Source of the DNA: Dehalococcoidales bacterium
GTDB taxonomy: Bacteria > Chloroflexota > Dehalococcoidia > Dehalococcoidales > UBA2162
Direction of reading: 5' to 3'
Length of the DNA stretch: 57,764 nucleotides
NCBI GenBank assembly: GCA_030698765.1
Contig: JAUYMF010000104.1
Span: 1 to 57,764, forward strand
Part shown: piece by piece, positions 39,996 to 49,518 of the stretch
Numbering within the stretch: the stretch's first letter is position 1
How the letters are laid out: every line of letters begins with the position of its first letter
Position numbers and translations under genes: made by a program
Notes under the pieces: generated by a model
Databases searched by the model: none
What the model was told of the DNA's origin: nothing
What the model saw: only the letters and a program-made list of their open reading frames with translations

Positions 39996-40062
39996 CATCA
40001 GAACGACAGCTTGAAAATCAACTCTGTCATCCGTTTGCTGAACCGCCAAGTACCAAAGAGAA

Positions 40063-40091
40063 AGTCTATCACAGCTAAAGTAAACTGTCAA
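40063..40091 (-). promoter_or_regulatory. Candidate promoter of the rpsL-led ribosomal super-operon
   Basis: The minus strand reads TTGACA-17 nt-TAGACT, about 115 nt upstream of the rpsL start. Confidence 0.6.
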
Positions 40092-40273
40092 CTCTTGGTA
40101 GGACGGGTCTTTGCTACAAGGCGTTTAGGGGCAATTCCTCTTTGAGGATATAACCAGGAATACATCATCTACTCTGGAGAGGAATCCCCGCTACTTTAGT
40201 ATAATAGAATATACTAAGGGCATGCAACCGGATACGCCGGCGGCAGTATTTACCTGTGGTTGGCTACAATAGC

Positions 40274-40302
40274 TTCACTTCCCGGTCAAAATGTGCTATA
40301 AT
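40274..40302 (+). promoter_or_regulatory. Candidate promoter for gyrB (extended -10)
   Basis: TTCACT-17 nt-TATAAT with TGc immediately upstream (TGTGCTATAAT), about 125 nt upstream of the gyrB ATG. Confidence 0.5.
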
Positions 40303-40419
40303 AATAATGATGTTTCTATCAGCAGATACCATGTTTTTTGTTTCAACACCAGCTAGCCATTCTATTCTCTCCCGAACTGTCTGTTCTTTACCGTACTGTT
40401 ATCACAAGCAAAGGAGTAA

Positions 40420-42354
<1,935 letters not shown>

Positions 42355-42404
42355 TGCCCTGCCCTGATGTGCATTGAGCCAATACAGCGCGAAGATGATG
42401 TCTT

Positions 42405-42455
42405 GTCATTCTGGCGAAGCTTGTCCCGTACCGCGTTACGGGAGCCAGAATCCAG
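42405..42455. repeat. Family-C palindromic repeat unit
   Basis: GTCATTCTGGC...GTCCCGTAccgcgtTACGGGAG...CCAGAATCC, a nested inverted repeat. Parallels 3853-3900. Confidence 0.65.
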
Positions 42456-42500
42456 TTTCCAGCTCCACCCCTCTGGAGAGGCTGTCTGAAAACGACGAAT

Positions 42501-42627
42501 TGTCATACTGAGTACATTCGCTACGCTCAATATAAACTCCGCAAAGTATCTGGGTTGGGGGAGGCATTTGATTGCGTATCAACTCCACCCCCGGATTCTT
42601 CAGTCGCTCCGCTCCTTCAGAATGACA
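42501..42627. repeat. Family-B palindromic intergenic repeat (127 bp)
   Basis: TGTCATACTGAG...ATTCGCTACGCTCAATATAAACTCCGCAAAG...GGATTCTTCAG...CTTCAGAATGACA. Co-linear with 55413-55537. Confidence 0.7.
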
Positions 42628-42678
42628 TTTTTGGGCAGCCTCCGACAGTCTTTGATATGTTTCATAAACAACGTGTTT

Positions 42679-43713
42679 TCAGACTGATGCCCTGCTTTTC
42701 TCTTTCCGCAGTATCACGATGTACTGGTGGGCGATATTGGGCACGTAGGCATAGGGATAGCCGTAGGGTCTCAGCCTGGTACCCGCCTCGTACCACACTA
42801 TCTCACCCTTGGGAGTAAAGCCCTGCGCCCCGGCTCTGCGGGCGATATCCACATGGGTGAAGATGTACTCGCCGTCCTGGTAGGCGTCCCGGATGATCAG
42901 CGCCAGGTATTTCTTCGGCTCCAGGACACGGTAGCACTCGCCCAGGACACGCTCCATGGCGTCCAGATATTCCGCGTAGGTTGACAGGTTAGCCAGGTCA
43001 AGCGGGTCATCAGAGCGCATGTCATAATCGGTCTGGCGGTTGGCGAAGTCCCGGTACTGCCCGGTGCACATCGTCTTCTCCAGGTGCCGGTTGTAGGGCG
43101 GGTCGGTGGCGATGAACTGGAAGCTTCCTGCGTCAAAGCTTCGCAGCACTTCCAGGCAGTCGCCCTGGATCATTTCATACCGGCGCAGATCTTCTCCACG
43201 GGAGTTGCTATCCTCGACTACACGGTGATAGATGTCAATCCACTTCGGGTTGATTTCAATGCCGGTACATTGCCGCGGGGGAGCGGCGATGGCGGCGCCG
43301 AGCAGAGTACCGCCCACCCCGGCAAAGGGGTCCAATACACGGTCACCCCCTCTGGTAAAGAACTCAATGAGGTGCTTCATCAGCTCCGGAGGCTTGTTGG
43401 CGCCGTGCGCCTTGCGCAGCTCATGCCCGTAGCGGCGGGAGTAAGAGGTGGTCAGCAACGTCTTGGTGAAGTAGAGCCACTCCGCGCCGCCAAGCTCATT
43501 GAGGGAATTTTTGGGGTGGGGCACTGCCCGGGTTGTTGCCTGGTAGTTATTGACCCCGTTCTTCTTATAATACTTAAGGAATAACTCGTTAAGCGCCGGG
43601 CAGCTTGCGGCTTCGGCGCAGTCATAGCAGTCCGTTACCCGGGCCTGGCAGAACTCTTGAGCTTCTTCCATTGCCTCTCCCGGAGGGTTACCCTGTCCCC
43701 GGATACTATCCAC
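42679..43713 (-). CDS. Site-specific DNA methyltransferase (N6-adenine or N4-cytosine, DPPY type)
   Basis: 344 aa. AdoMet-binding VLDPFAGVGGT, preceded by KPPELMKHLIEFF. Catalytic FIATDPPYN. GTG start with GAGGT 8 nt upstream. Confidence 0.88.
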   Translation of the reverse strand: MDSIRGQGNPPGEAMEEAQEFCQARVTDCYDCAEAASCPALNELFLKYYKKNGVNNYQATTRAVPHPKNSLNELGGAEWLYFTKTLLTTSYSRRYGHELRKAHGANKPPELMKHLIEFFTRGGDRVLDPFAGVGGTLLGAAIAAPPRQCTGIEINPKWIDIYHRVVEDSNSRGEDLRRYEMIQGDCLEVLRSFDAGSFQFIATDPPYNRHLEKTMCTGQYRDFANRQTDYDMRSDDPLDLANLSTYAEYLDAMERVLGECYRVLEPKKYLALIIRDAYQDGEYIFTHVDIARRAGAQGFTPKGEIVWYEAGTRLRPYGYPYAYVPNIAHQYIVILRKEKSRASV

Positions 43714-43801
43714 TACGATTTACCTCAACGTTTCAGTCATTCAAACTTTTAAGCGGCAGCGCGATGTTCTACGACAACTGCTTTCACTTCAACCTCCCCA
43801 A

Positions 43802-44404
43802 TCAGCTTGAGTACAGCTTGTGTTGCTTGATGTATTCGTCTACCGCCTTCGGGACGAGGTGACTGATTGATAGACCCTGAGCTACCCGATTCCTGATTTC
43901 CGTGGAGTCAATATCCATCTCCGGTTTATCCAGTAACACCAGCACCCGCGATATTCCCGGAATAGCCTCCTCCAGTGAACGCAAGTCAGGCAGTGAATAG
44001 CCGGGCCTGGGTACCACCACCAGACGGCACATCTCAATCAAGCGTGACGGCTCCCGCCAGCGGGGAAGCTGAGCCAGATTGTCCCTCCCCAGAATAAAGA
44101 ACAGTTCGTCAGCCGGCCCGAGCCGGGACCTCAGTTCACTGATGGTATCAACCGTGTAGGTGGGACCAGCCCGGTCTATTTCCATTGTGGACAGCTTGAA
44201 GTAAGGTTTGCCGGCAATCGCCAGGCGGACCATCTGGACGCGGTGCTCCGCGGGCAGAATAGAGTTACCTGCCTTCAACCACGGGTCACCCGCCGGGATG
44301 AAAAGCACTTCATCCAGACTCAAGAGGCGTCTGGTCTCTTCAGCGACAACAATATGCCCGTTATGGACCGGGTCAAAAGTGCCGCCCAGTACCCCTGAAT
44401 TCAA
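43802..44404 (-). CDS. nadD: Nicotinate-nucleotide adenylyltransferase
   Basis: 200 aa. GGTFDPVHNGH motif. TTG start with GGAGGTGA upstream. Confidence 0.93.
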   Translation of the reverse strand: MNSGVLGGTFDPVHNGHIVVAEETRRLLSLDEVLFIPAGDPWLKAGNSILPAEHRVQMVRLAIAGKPYFKLSTMEIDRAGPTYTVDTISELRSRLGPADELFFILGRDNLAQLPRWREPSRLIEMCRLVVVPRPGYSLPDLRSLEEAIPGISRVLVLLDKPEMDIDSTEIRNRVAQGLSISHLVPKAVDEYIKQHKLYSS

Positions 44405-44431
44405 CTTTCACCTCCGGTTAATCGAGATTAA

Positions 44432-45697
44432 TTACCACTCCCATTCAACACCGCCACAGCGGACTTTGTCTCCGGGACTGACCCCGGCCTTTTCCAGGGC
44501 CTTGCTGACCCCAAGCCTGGATATTTGCTGGCGGAGCTGGCGGCGCACCTCGGGGTTGCCCATATCCACCCGGCTAACAATACGCTCTAGAGCGGGAGCG
44601 TTCACAACAAAGGTATCCCCGTCCCGGCTCACGGTCACACCGGCGTCCCTGGGCTGAGGCCGGAAGACAACACCGGGAACCGGTTCAGCGGATTTCACCC
44701 GCTCCGCTACCTTGCCCAGCAGTTTCACCGCCGCAGCCATAAGCTCAGGTACGCCCTCGCCACTCATCGCGGAGAGGAAAAAAACCGGGGTTCCGGCGCG
44801 GCTGAAAAGCTCCTTCAACTCGGCCAACCGTGCGCTGACCTGGGGCAGGTCGACCTTGTTTACCGCCACGAGCTGAGGCTTTTGCGCCAGGGCCGGGTCA
44901 AATAAGCTGAGCTCCGCATTGACCCGCAGCATATCTTCCACGGGAGACGCCGAGGCGCCATCTATCAGGTGGATCAGTATTTTGGTACGCAGAGCGTGGC
45001 GCAGGAAATCATGCCCCAGCCCCCGTCCCAGGTGAGCGTCATCAATCAGCCCCGGCACCTCAGCCAGGACAAAGCTCCGCTGATTGACCTCAACCAGCCC
45101 CAGTACCGGCTCAAGAGTGGTGAAGGGATAACCGGCTATTTTAGGTCTGGCCGCGGAGGCGGCTGTCAGCAGGGTGGACTTACCGACGTTGGGATAACCG
45201 ATAATGCCGGCATCGGCAATAAGCCTTAGCTCCAGTACCAGCGAGATCTCTTCCCCGGCCTCTCCCTTTTGCGCCAGCTGCGGCGCCTGATTGGTTGATG
45301 AGGCAAAGTGAACATTACCCAGCCCCCCTCTGCCTCCTCTGGCTACCACCGCCTGCTGGCCGGGTAACTCCAGATCAGCAACCATCTCTCCACTACCGGA
45401 TGGTGTATTCCTCCAGGCAACGCAGCCCGCCGGCACCCCTAATACCAGGTCCTTCCCCTTCTTGCCGTGCTGCTTCTTGCCCTTCCCATTCTCGCCCCTG
45501 CCCGCCGAATATACCTTTTTCCCCCTGAACATACGCAGGTCGGTAATTCCGGCGTCAGCCAGAATAATTACGTCTCCACCATCTCCACCATCACCGCCGT
45601 CAGGACCGCCAAATTCAGCATACTTCTCATGCCGGAAACTCACCGCGCCATCACCGCCACCGCCAGCCCTTACTGTTATCTCTACTTTATCAAACAC
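44432..45697 (-). CDS. obg: GTPase Obg
   Basis: 421 aa. MFDKVEITVRAGGGGDGAVSFRHEKY Obg fold. G domain GYPNVGKST, NKVD. C-terminal OCT-like domain. Confidence 0.96.
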   Translation of the reverse strand: MFDKVEITVRAGGGGDGAVSFRHEKYAEFGGPDGGDGGDGGDVIILADAGITDLRMFRGKKVYSAGRGENGKGKKQHGKKGKDLVLGVPAGCVAWRNTPSGSGEMVADLELPGQQAVVARGGRGGLGNVHFASSTNQAPQLAQKGEAGEEISLVLELRLIADAGIIGYPNVGKSTLLTAASAARPKIAGYPFTTLEPVLGLVEVNQRSFVLAEVPGLIDDAHLGRGLGHDFLRHALRTKILIHLIDGASASPVEDMLRVNAELSLFDPALAQKPQLVAVNKVDLPQVSARLAELKELFSRAGTPVFFLSAMSGEGVPELMAAAVKLLGKVAERVKSAEPVPGVVFRPQPRDAGVTVSRDGDTFVVNAPALERIVSRVDMGNPEVRRQLRQQISRLGVSKALEKAGVSPGDKVRCGGVEWEW

Positions 45698-45918
45698 GCT
45701 TAATAATTAATAAACTCCTATAGTTTTATAAGTACTTTTACTTAGATTAGTATTAGTAATATTAGCACGAATTGACGCAGGGTTAAAATCTGGCACCGGG
45801 TTAGGGAAAGAGACGATAATACACAGGGCGGTTTTGGAAGTTATGAAAAGGCAGCCGGACTTATCAAATTTTACAGGGTGATTGGTTGAAAAGTGAGGAA
45901 AAGTTAGGTAAAGAGAGG

Positions 45919-47268
45919 TTAGTCAGCGGGGGAAACAACATGTAACCCTTGTTGGATTTCAAATATTTTCCGTCTCAGGGATGGAATGTTGTTGATATCA
46001 CTGGATATTTTTTGATAAGCATAGCTGACTGTCGCCGGACTTCTACCCCCCAGTTCCCGCCCGATTTCGGCCAGTGAACACTCGGTTTCCTGCCTGATGA
46101 GATACATCGTCACCTGGCGTGCCAGGGCGGTCTCAGCATCCCTTTTCCGTCCCTTGAGGTCGGCCGGAGTGAGCTGGAAACTGCTCACCACGGCTTCCAT
46201 TATCAGAGCGGGTGTGACCGGGGCGGCTTTCGTTTCATTATCGGCGATATCCTTCAGCACCTGGGCGGCCAGGGCCGGAGTGAGCATGGTCCTGACCAGC
46301 CGGGCGTAAGCGACAACGCGATTTAGAGAGCCTTCCAGCGCCCTGATGTTCTGCTGAATCTGGAGGGCGATAAGTTCGAGCACGTCCTCGGAAATGTCGA
46401 TGGGTTCCTGTTTGGCCCTGGCCTGCAGGATGGCAAGGCGTGTCTCAAAGTCGGGCGCTTGAACATCGGTAACTAATCCCCATTCCAGCCGGGAACGCAG
46501 CCGTTCCGGCAGCAGGGCTATGGACCTGGGGGGACGGTCACAGGTGATGGCAATCTGGCGGTTAGCGTCATGCAGCTCATTGAAGGTGTGGAAGAAGTTT
46601 TCTCCGGTCTGCTTTTTACCGCTGAAAAACTGGACATCGTCAACCAGCAGCATATCAACGCTGCGGTATTTATTGCGGAAAGCCTCGGTTTTATTCTCGC
46701 GGATTGCCTGCATCAGGTCGTTGGTATATTTTTCGGCGCTGACGTAGAGGACATTCATATTGTTGGCTACGGACATATTGCCGATAGCCTGTAAAAGGTG
46801 GGTCTTGCCCAGTCCCGCCCCGCCGTAGATAAAGAGCGGGTTGTAGCTGTGTCCCGGGTTTTGGGCTACCCCCAGGGCGGCAGCGTGGGCTAGCTGGTTG
46901 CTGCTGCCGGTGACGAAGGAACTGAAAGTATACTTCGGGTTAAGCAGGGGAAAGCTGGCCTGCTGCGCCGGGATATTTTTCTCCCGGATGCTCCTCGCAG
47001 GGTACTGTTGGTAGGAGTCTATCCTGAACTGTACCCGGACTTCGTGCCGGGTGAGACCGGTAAGCACTCTTTCAATCAAGGAACGCTGGTTCTTCTCCAG
47101 ATACTCAGCGACGAAGGTATTGGGTACGGCAACGGCAAACTGACCGTCTTGATAGCTTAGACCTGCGGTGTTTGCCAGCCAGGTGCGGTAGTTTGGGGCG
47201 TTGACCTGGATTTGGAGTTCTCCTAAGGCAGCTTTCCAGATTTGCTGCGCTGACCTGATTTCCGTCAA
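45919..47268 (-). CDS. dnaA: Chromosomal replication initiator DnaA
   Basis: AAA+ Walker A GGAGLGKTHLL, box VII, and C-terminal DNA-binding domain (...LAEIGRELGGRSPATVSYAYQKI). The ORF is open to TTG at 47310. TTG at 47268 has GGAG 6 nt upstream and gives the family-like N-terminus MTEIRSAQQIW. Confidence 0.95.
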   Translation of the reverse strand: MTEIRSAQQIWKAALGELQIQVNAPNYRTWLANTAGLSYQDGQFAVAVPNTFVAEYLEKNQRSLIERVLTGLTRHEVRVQFRIDSYQQYPARSIREKNIPAQQASFPLLNPKYTFSSFVTGSSNQLAHAAALGVAQNPGHSYNPLFIYGGAGLGKTHLLQAIGNMSVANNMNVLYVSAEKYTNDLMQAIRENKTEAFRNKYRSVDMLLVDDVQFFSGKKQTGENFFHTFNELHDANRQIAITCDRPPRSIALLPERLRSRLEWGLVTDVQAPDFETRLAILQARAKQEPIDISEDVLELIALQIQQNIRALEGSLNRVVAYARLVRTMLTPALAAQVLKDIADNETKAAPVTPALIMEAVVSSFQLTPADLKGRKRDAETALARQVTMYLIRQETECSLAEIGRELGGRSPATVSYAYQKISSDINNIPSLRRKIFEIQQGLHVVSPAD

Positions 47269-47520
47269 AGCATTCTCCGTTTTCGGTACCCTTAAAGATT
47301 TAACCCCCAAAGATGAGGCGTCATTCAGGCTCTTTCAGTGATGATGGTAACAACCGGGGCTAGTTAGCGGGGAACATTACCAAGGATAATACCGGCCATC
47401 CTTACTGGCAAGGTTTGTGTCACTGGTTGCTGGTCAGTTTCGGCCTATCCTTTGCTCTTGCAAGGTCTGTCAGGCTTCTGGTTTTGACCAGTATTTCACT
47501 GATAGGCGTGGGGGGAATTG

Positions 47521-47549
47521 TTGTTATCGAAAATATTTGATGTTACAAT
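47521..47549 (+). promoter_or_regulatory. Candidate promoter for fmt
   Basis: TTGTTA-17 nt-TACAAT with TGt upstream of the -10 element, about 20 nt before the fmt start. Confidence 0.4.
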
Positions 47550-47569
47550 TACTGGCGGGAGGACTGGGT

Positions 47570-48514
47570 TTGCGAGTTATTTTTATGGGTACTCCCGAGT
47601 TCGCCGTGCCTTCTCTGGAGCGGCTAATTCTCGATCAATACCAGGTGGTGTCCGTTTATACTCAGCCTGACAGAGCGGCGGGCAGGGGCCGTTCTCTGGT
47701 CTCTTCCCCGGTAAAGAGGGCGGCGCTGGAGCGGAACCTCCCCGTTCTGCAACCGGTCAATTTTAAGGATAAGGCGGCTGTGTCGCAACTGGCTGAGCTG
47801 CAGCCTGATGTGCTGGTCGTGGCTGCCTTTGGTCAAATTCTACCGCAGGCGGTCCTGGATGTTCCCGCTCATGGCTGCATCAACATCCATCCGTCCCTGC
47901 TGCCCGAGTTCAGGGGGGCCTCACCGGTGGCGGCGGCTATCCTGGCGGGGAAAGAGTTCACCGGGGTGAGCATCATGCTGCTGGACAGGGGCATGGATAC
48001 CGGCCCCGTCCTGACCAGGGCGCAGATACCAATTTCAGCTTCGGATACTACGGGTTCGCTTGCCGGGAAGCTGTCCCGTGTTGCCGCGGGGCTGCTTCTG
48101 GAGGTCTTGCCCCGCTGGGTCAAAGGCGAGATCACTCCTCAGCCCCAGGATGAGGCTGCGGCTACCTATACCAGGGTACTTACCAAGGGGGAGGGGGAGA
48201 TTGACTGGCAGCTCCCGGCGGGGGTTATCTGGCGGCGGGTACGGGCCTTTCACCCCTGGCCGGGGTGCTACACCCGCTGGCTGGGAAAGCAGTTCAGGAT
48301 AATCGAGGCGGTGCCTCTAGCCGGGGAAGGTGCCGGGAAGGCGGGGGAGGTTATTGCTCTGAATGACGAGGGAGGAGCGGTTTTAGGTATAGGTACCGGT
48401 GAGGGGATATTAGGTGTCCTGCGGGTGCAGATGGAGGGAAAGCGAGTGATGTCCGCCGCCGAGTTCCTGCGGGGGCAGCGGCAATTTATCGGCGCGATAT
48501 TGCCTTCCGATTAG
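47570..48514 (+). CDS. fmt: Methionyl-tRNA formyltransferase
   Basis: A TTG start preceded by GGGAGG gives MRVIFMGTPEFAVPSL, the typical Fmt N-terminus. HPSLLP motif present. The ORF is open upstream to 47417, but that extension has no family counterpart. Confidence 0.93.
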   Translation: MRVIFMGTPEFAVPSLERLILDQYQVVSVYTQPDRAAGRGRSLVSSPVKRAALERNLPVLQPVNFKDKAAVSQLAELQPDVLVVAAFGQILPQAVLDVPAHGCINIHPSLLPEFRGASPVAAAILAGKEFTGVSIMLLDRGMDTGPVLTRAQIPISASDTTGSLAGKLSRVAAGLLLEVLPRWVKGEITPQPQDEAAATYTRVLTKGEGEIDWQLPAGVIWRRVRAFHPWPGCYTRWLGKQFRIIEAVPLAGEGAGKAGEVIALNDEGGAVLGIGTGEGILGVLRVQMEGKRVMSAAEFLRGQRQFIGAILPSD

Positions 48515-48522
48515 GAGGTATT

Positions 48523-49299
48523 TTGTCTTTACCGGAAAACCTGGAGCGGTTTGATACGCTGGTTGATATCATCGCCCGGCTGCGGGCGCCTGATGGCTGT
48601 CCGTGGGACAGGGAGCAGACCCACGCTTCCCTGCGGGAAAACCTGCTCGAAGAGTGCTATGAGGTGCTGGAGGCGCTTGATGAAGGGGATACCGGGAAGC
48701 TCCGCGAAGAACTGGGCGATCTGCTGATGCAGATTGTGATGCATGCCCAGATTGCCCGTGAAGCCGGGGACTTCGAGCTGGGGGATGTTTTGGCCGGTAT
48801 CAGCACCAAGCTGGTGCAGCGTCATCCCCATGTCTTCGGGTCGCTGAAAGTAACCGGTACCGCGGAAGTGCTGCGCAACTGGGAGCATATTAAGCGTGAA
48901 GCGCGCGGCGATGCCTCAATGCTGGATGGTGTCCCCAGACAGATGCCGGCCCTGGGTTACAGCCAGGAAATCCAGCGCCGGGTAGCGCGGGTCGGTTTTG
49001 ACTGGGAGGATATTGACGGTGTGATTGACAAACTGGTTGAAGAGGTCGGCGAGTTTAAGCAGTCAGCTACCGATGAGCAGAGAGCGCAGGAGTTCGGCGA
49101 TCTGCTCTTTACCCTGGTCAGCGTTGCCCGCCATCTGGAGATTGATGCTGAGGCGGCGCTGAGGGAAGCCAACCGGAAGTTTTACCGCCGTTTCTCGGCT
49201 ATGGAAGAGCTTTGCCGCCAGCGCGGGATGAGCTTTGCCGACCTTTCGTTTGCCGAGCAGAACGCCCTGTGGGAAGAGGCGAAGAGGAGGGTGGAGTAA
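48523..49299 (+). CDS. mazG: Nucleoside triphosphate pyrophosphohydrolase MazG
   Basis: 258 aa with two tandem MazG domains (E..EE.YE..EA...D and EE.GE...A motifs). Confidence 0.92.
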   Translation: MSLPENLERFDTLVDIIARLRAPDGCPWDREQTHASLRENLLEECYEVLEALDEGDTGKLREELGDLLMQIVMHAQIAREAGDFELGDVLAGISTKLVQRHPHVFGSLKVTGTAEVLRNWEHIKREARGDASMLDGVPRQMPALGYSQEIQRRVARVGFDWEDIDGVIDKLVEEVGEFKQSATDEQRAQEFGDLLFTLVSVARHLEIDAEAALREANRKFYRRFSAMEELCRQRGMSFADLSFAEQNALWEEAKRRVE

Positions 49300-49306
49300 A
49301 AAATAC

Positions 49307-49382
49307 TGGTCGGGGCGAGAGGACTTGAACCTCCGGCCTCAGCGTCCCGAACGCTGCGCGCTACCGACTGCGCTACGCCCCG
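49307..49382 (-). tRNA. tRNA-Pro (anticodon CGG)
   Basis: The reverse complement CGGGGCGTAGCGCAGTCGGTAGCGCGCAGCGTTCGGGACGCTGAGGCCGGAGGTTCAAGTCCTCTCGCCCCGACCA folds as a cloverleaf. Anticodon loop TTCGGGA, T-loop GGTTCAAGTCC, encoded CCA. Confidence 0.92.
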
Positions 49383-49518
49383 TAAGCATCCATTATAAGC
49401 TGACGGGCGGAATAAGACAAGTGACCGGTTCTGAATGAACCCACCGCTGTCCAGTTTTCAATAGTGATGGTTATTTACACCTGCCGCAAAAGGTAGTAAA
49501 TTATGAGATGGTATAGAA

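Noticed and set aside
40127-40190. Imperfect inverted repeat GGGGCAATTCCTCT...AGAGGAATCCCC in the rpsL-gyrB gap as a possible ncRNA.
   Set aside because: The stem is interrupted and encloses a loop of about 35 nt. There is no second copy or conserved motif to support an RNA gene. It may simply belong to the divergent promoter region.
42355-43801. The methyltransferase as part of a restriction-modification or other defence island.
   Set aside because: No endonuclease, specificity, helicase or nuclease ORF is adjacent on either strand. The flanks are core genes, and no integrase or tRNA-adjacent boundary is visible. I therefore treat it as an orphan methyltransferase.
49383-49518. Lysine (L-box) riboswitch upstream of the ApgM-like/aspartokinase pair.
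   Set aside because: The gap is only about 136 nt, shorter than a lysine riboswitch plus expression platform. I see no multi-stem conserved core, only -10-like AT-rich sequence near the start.
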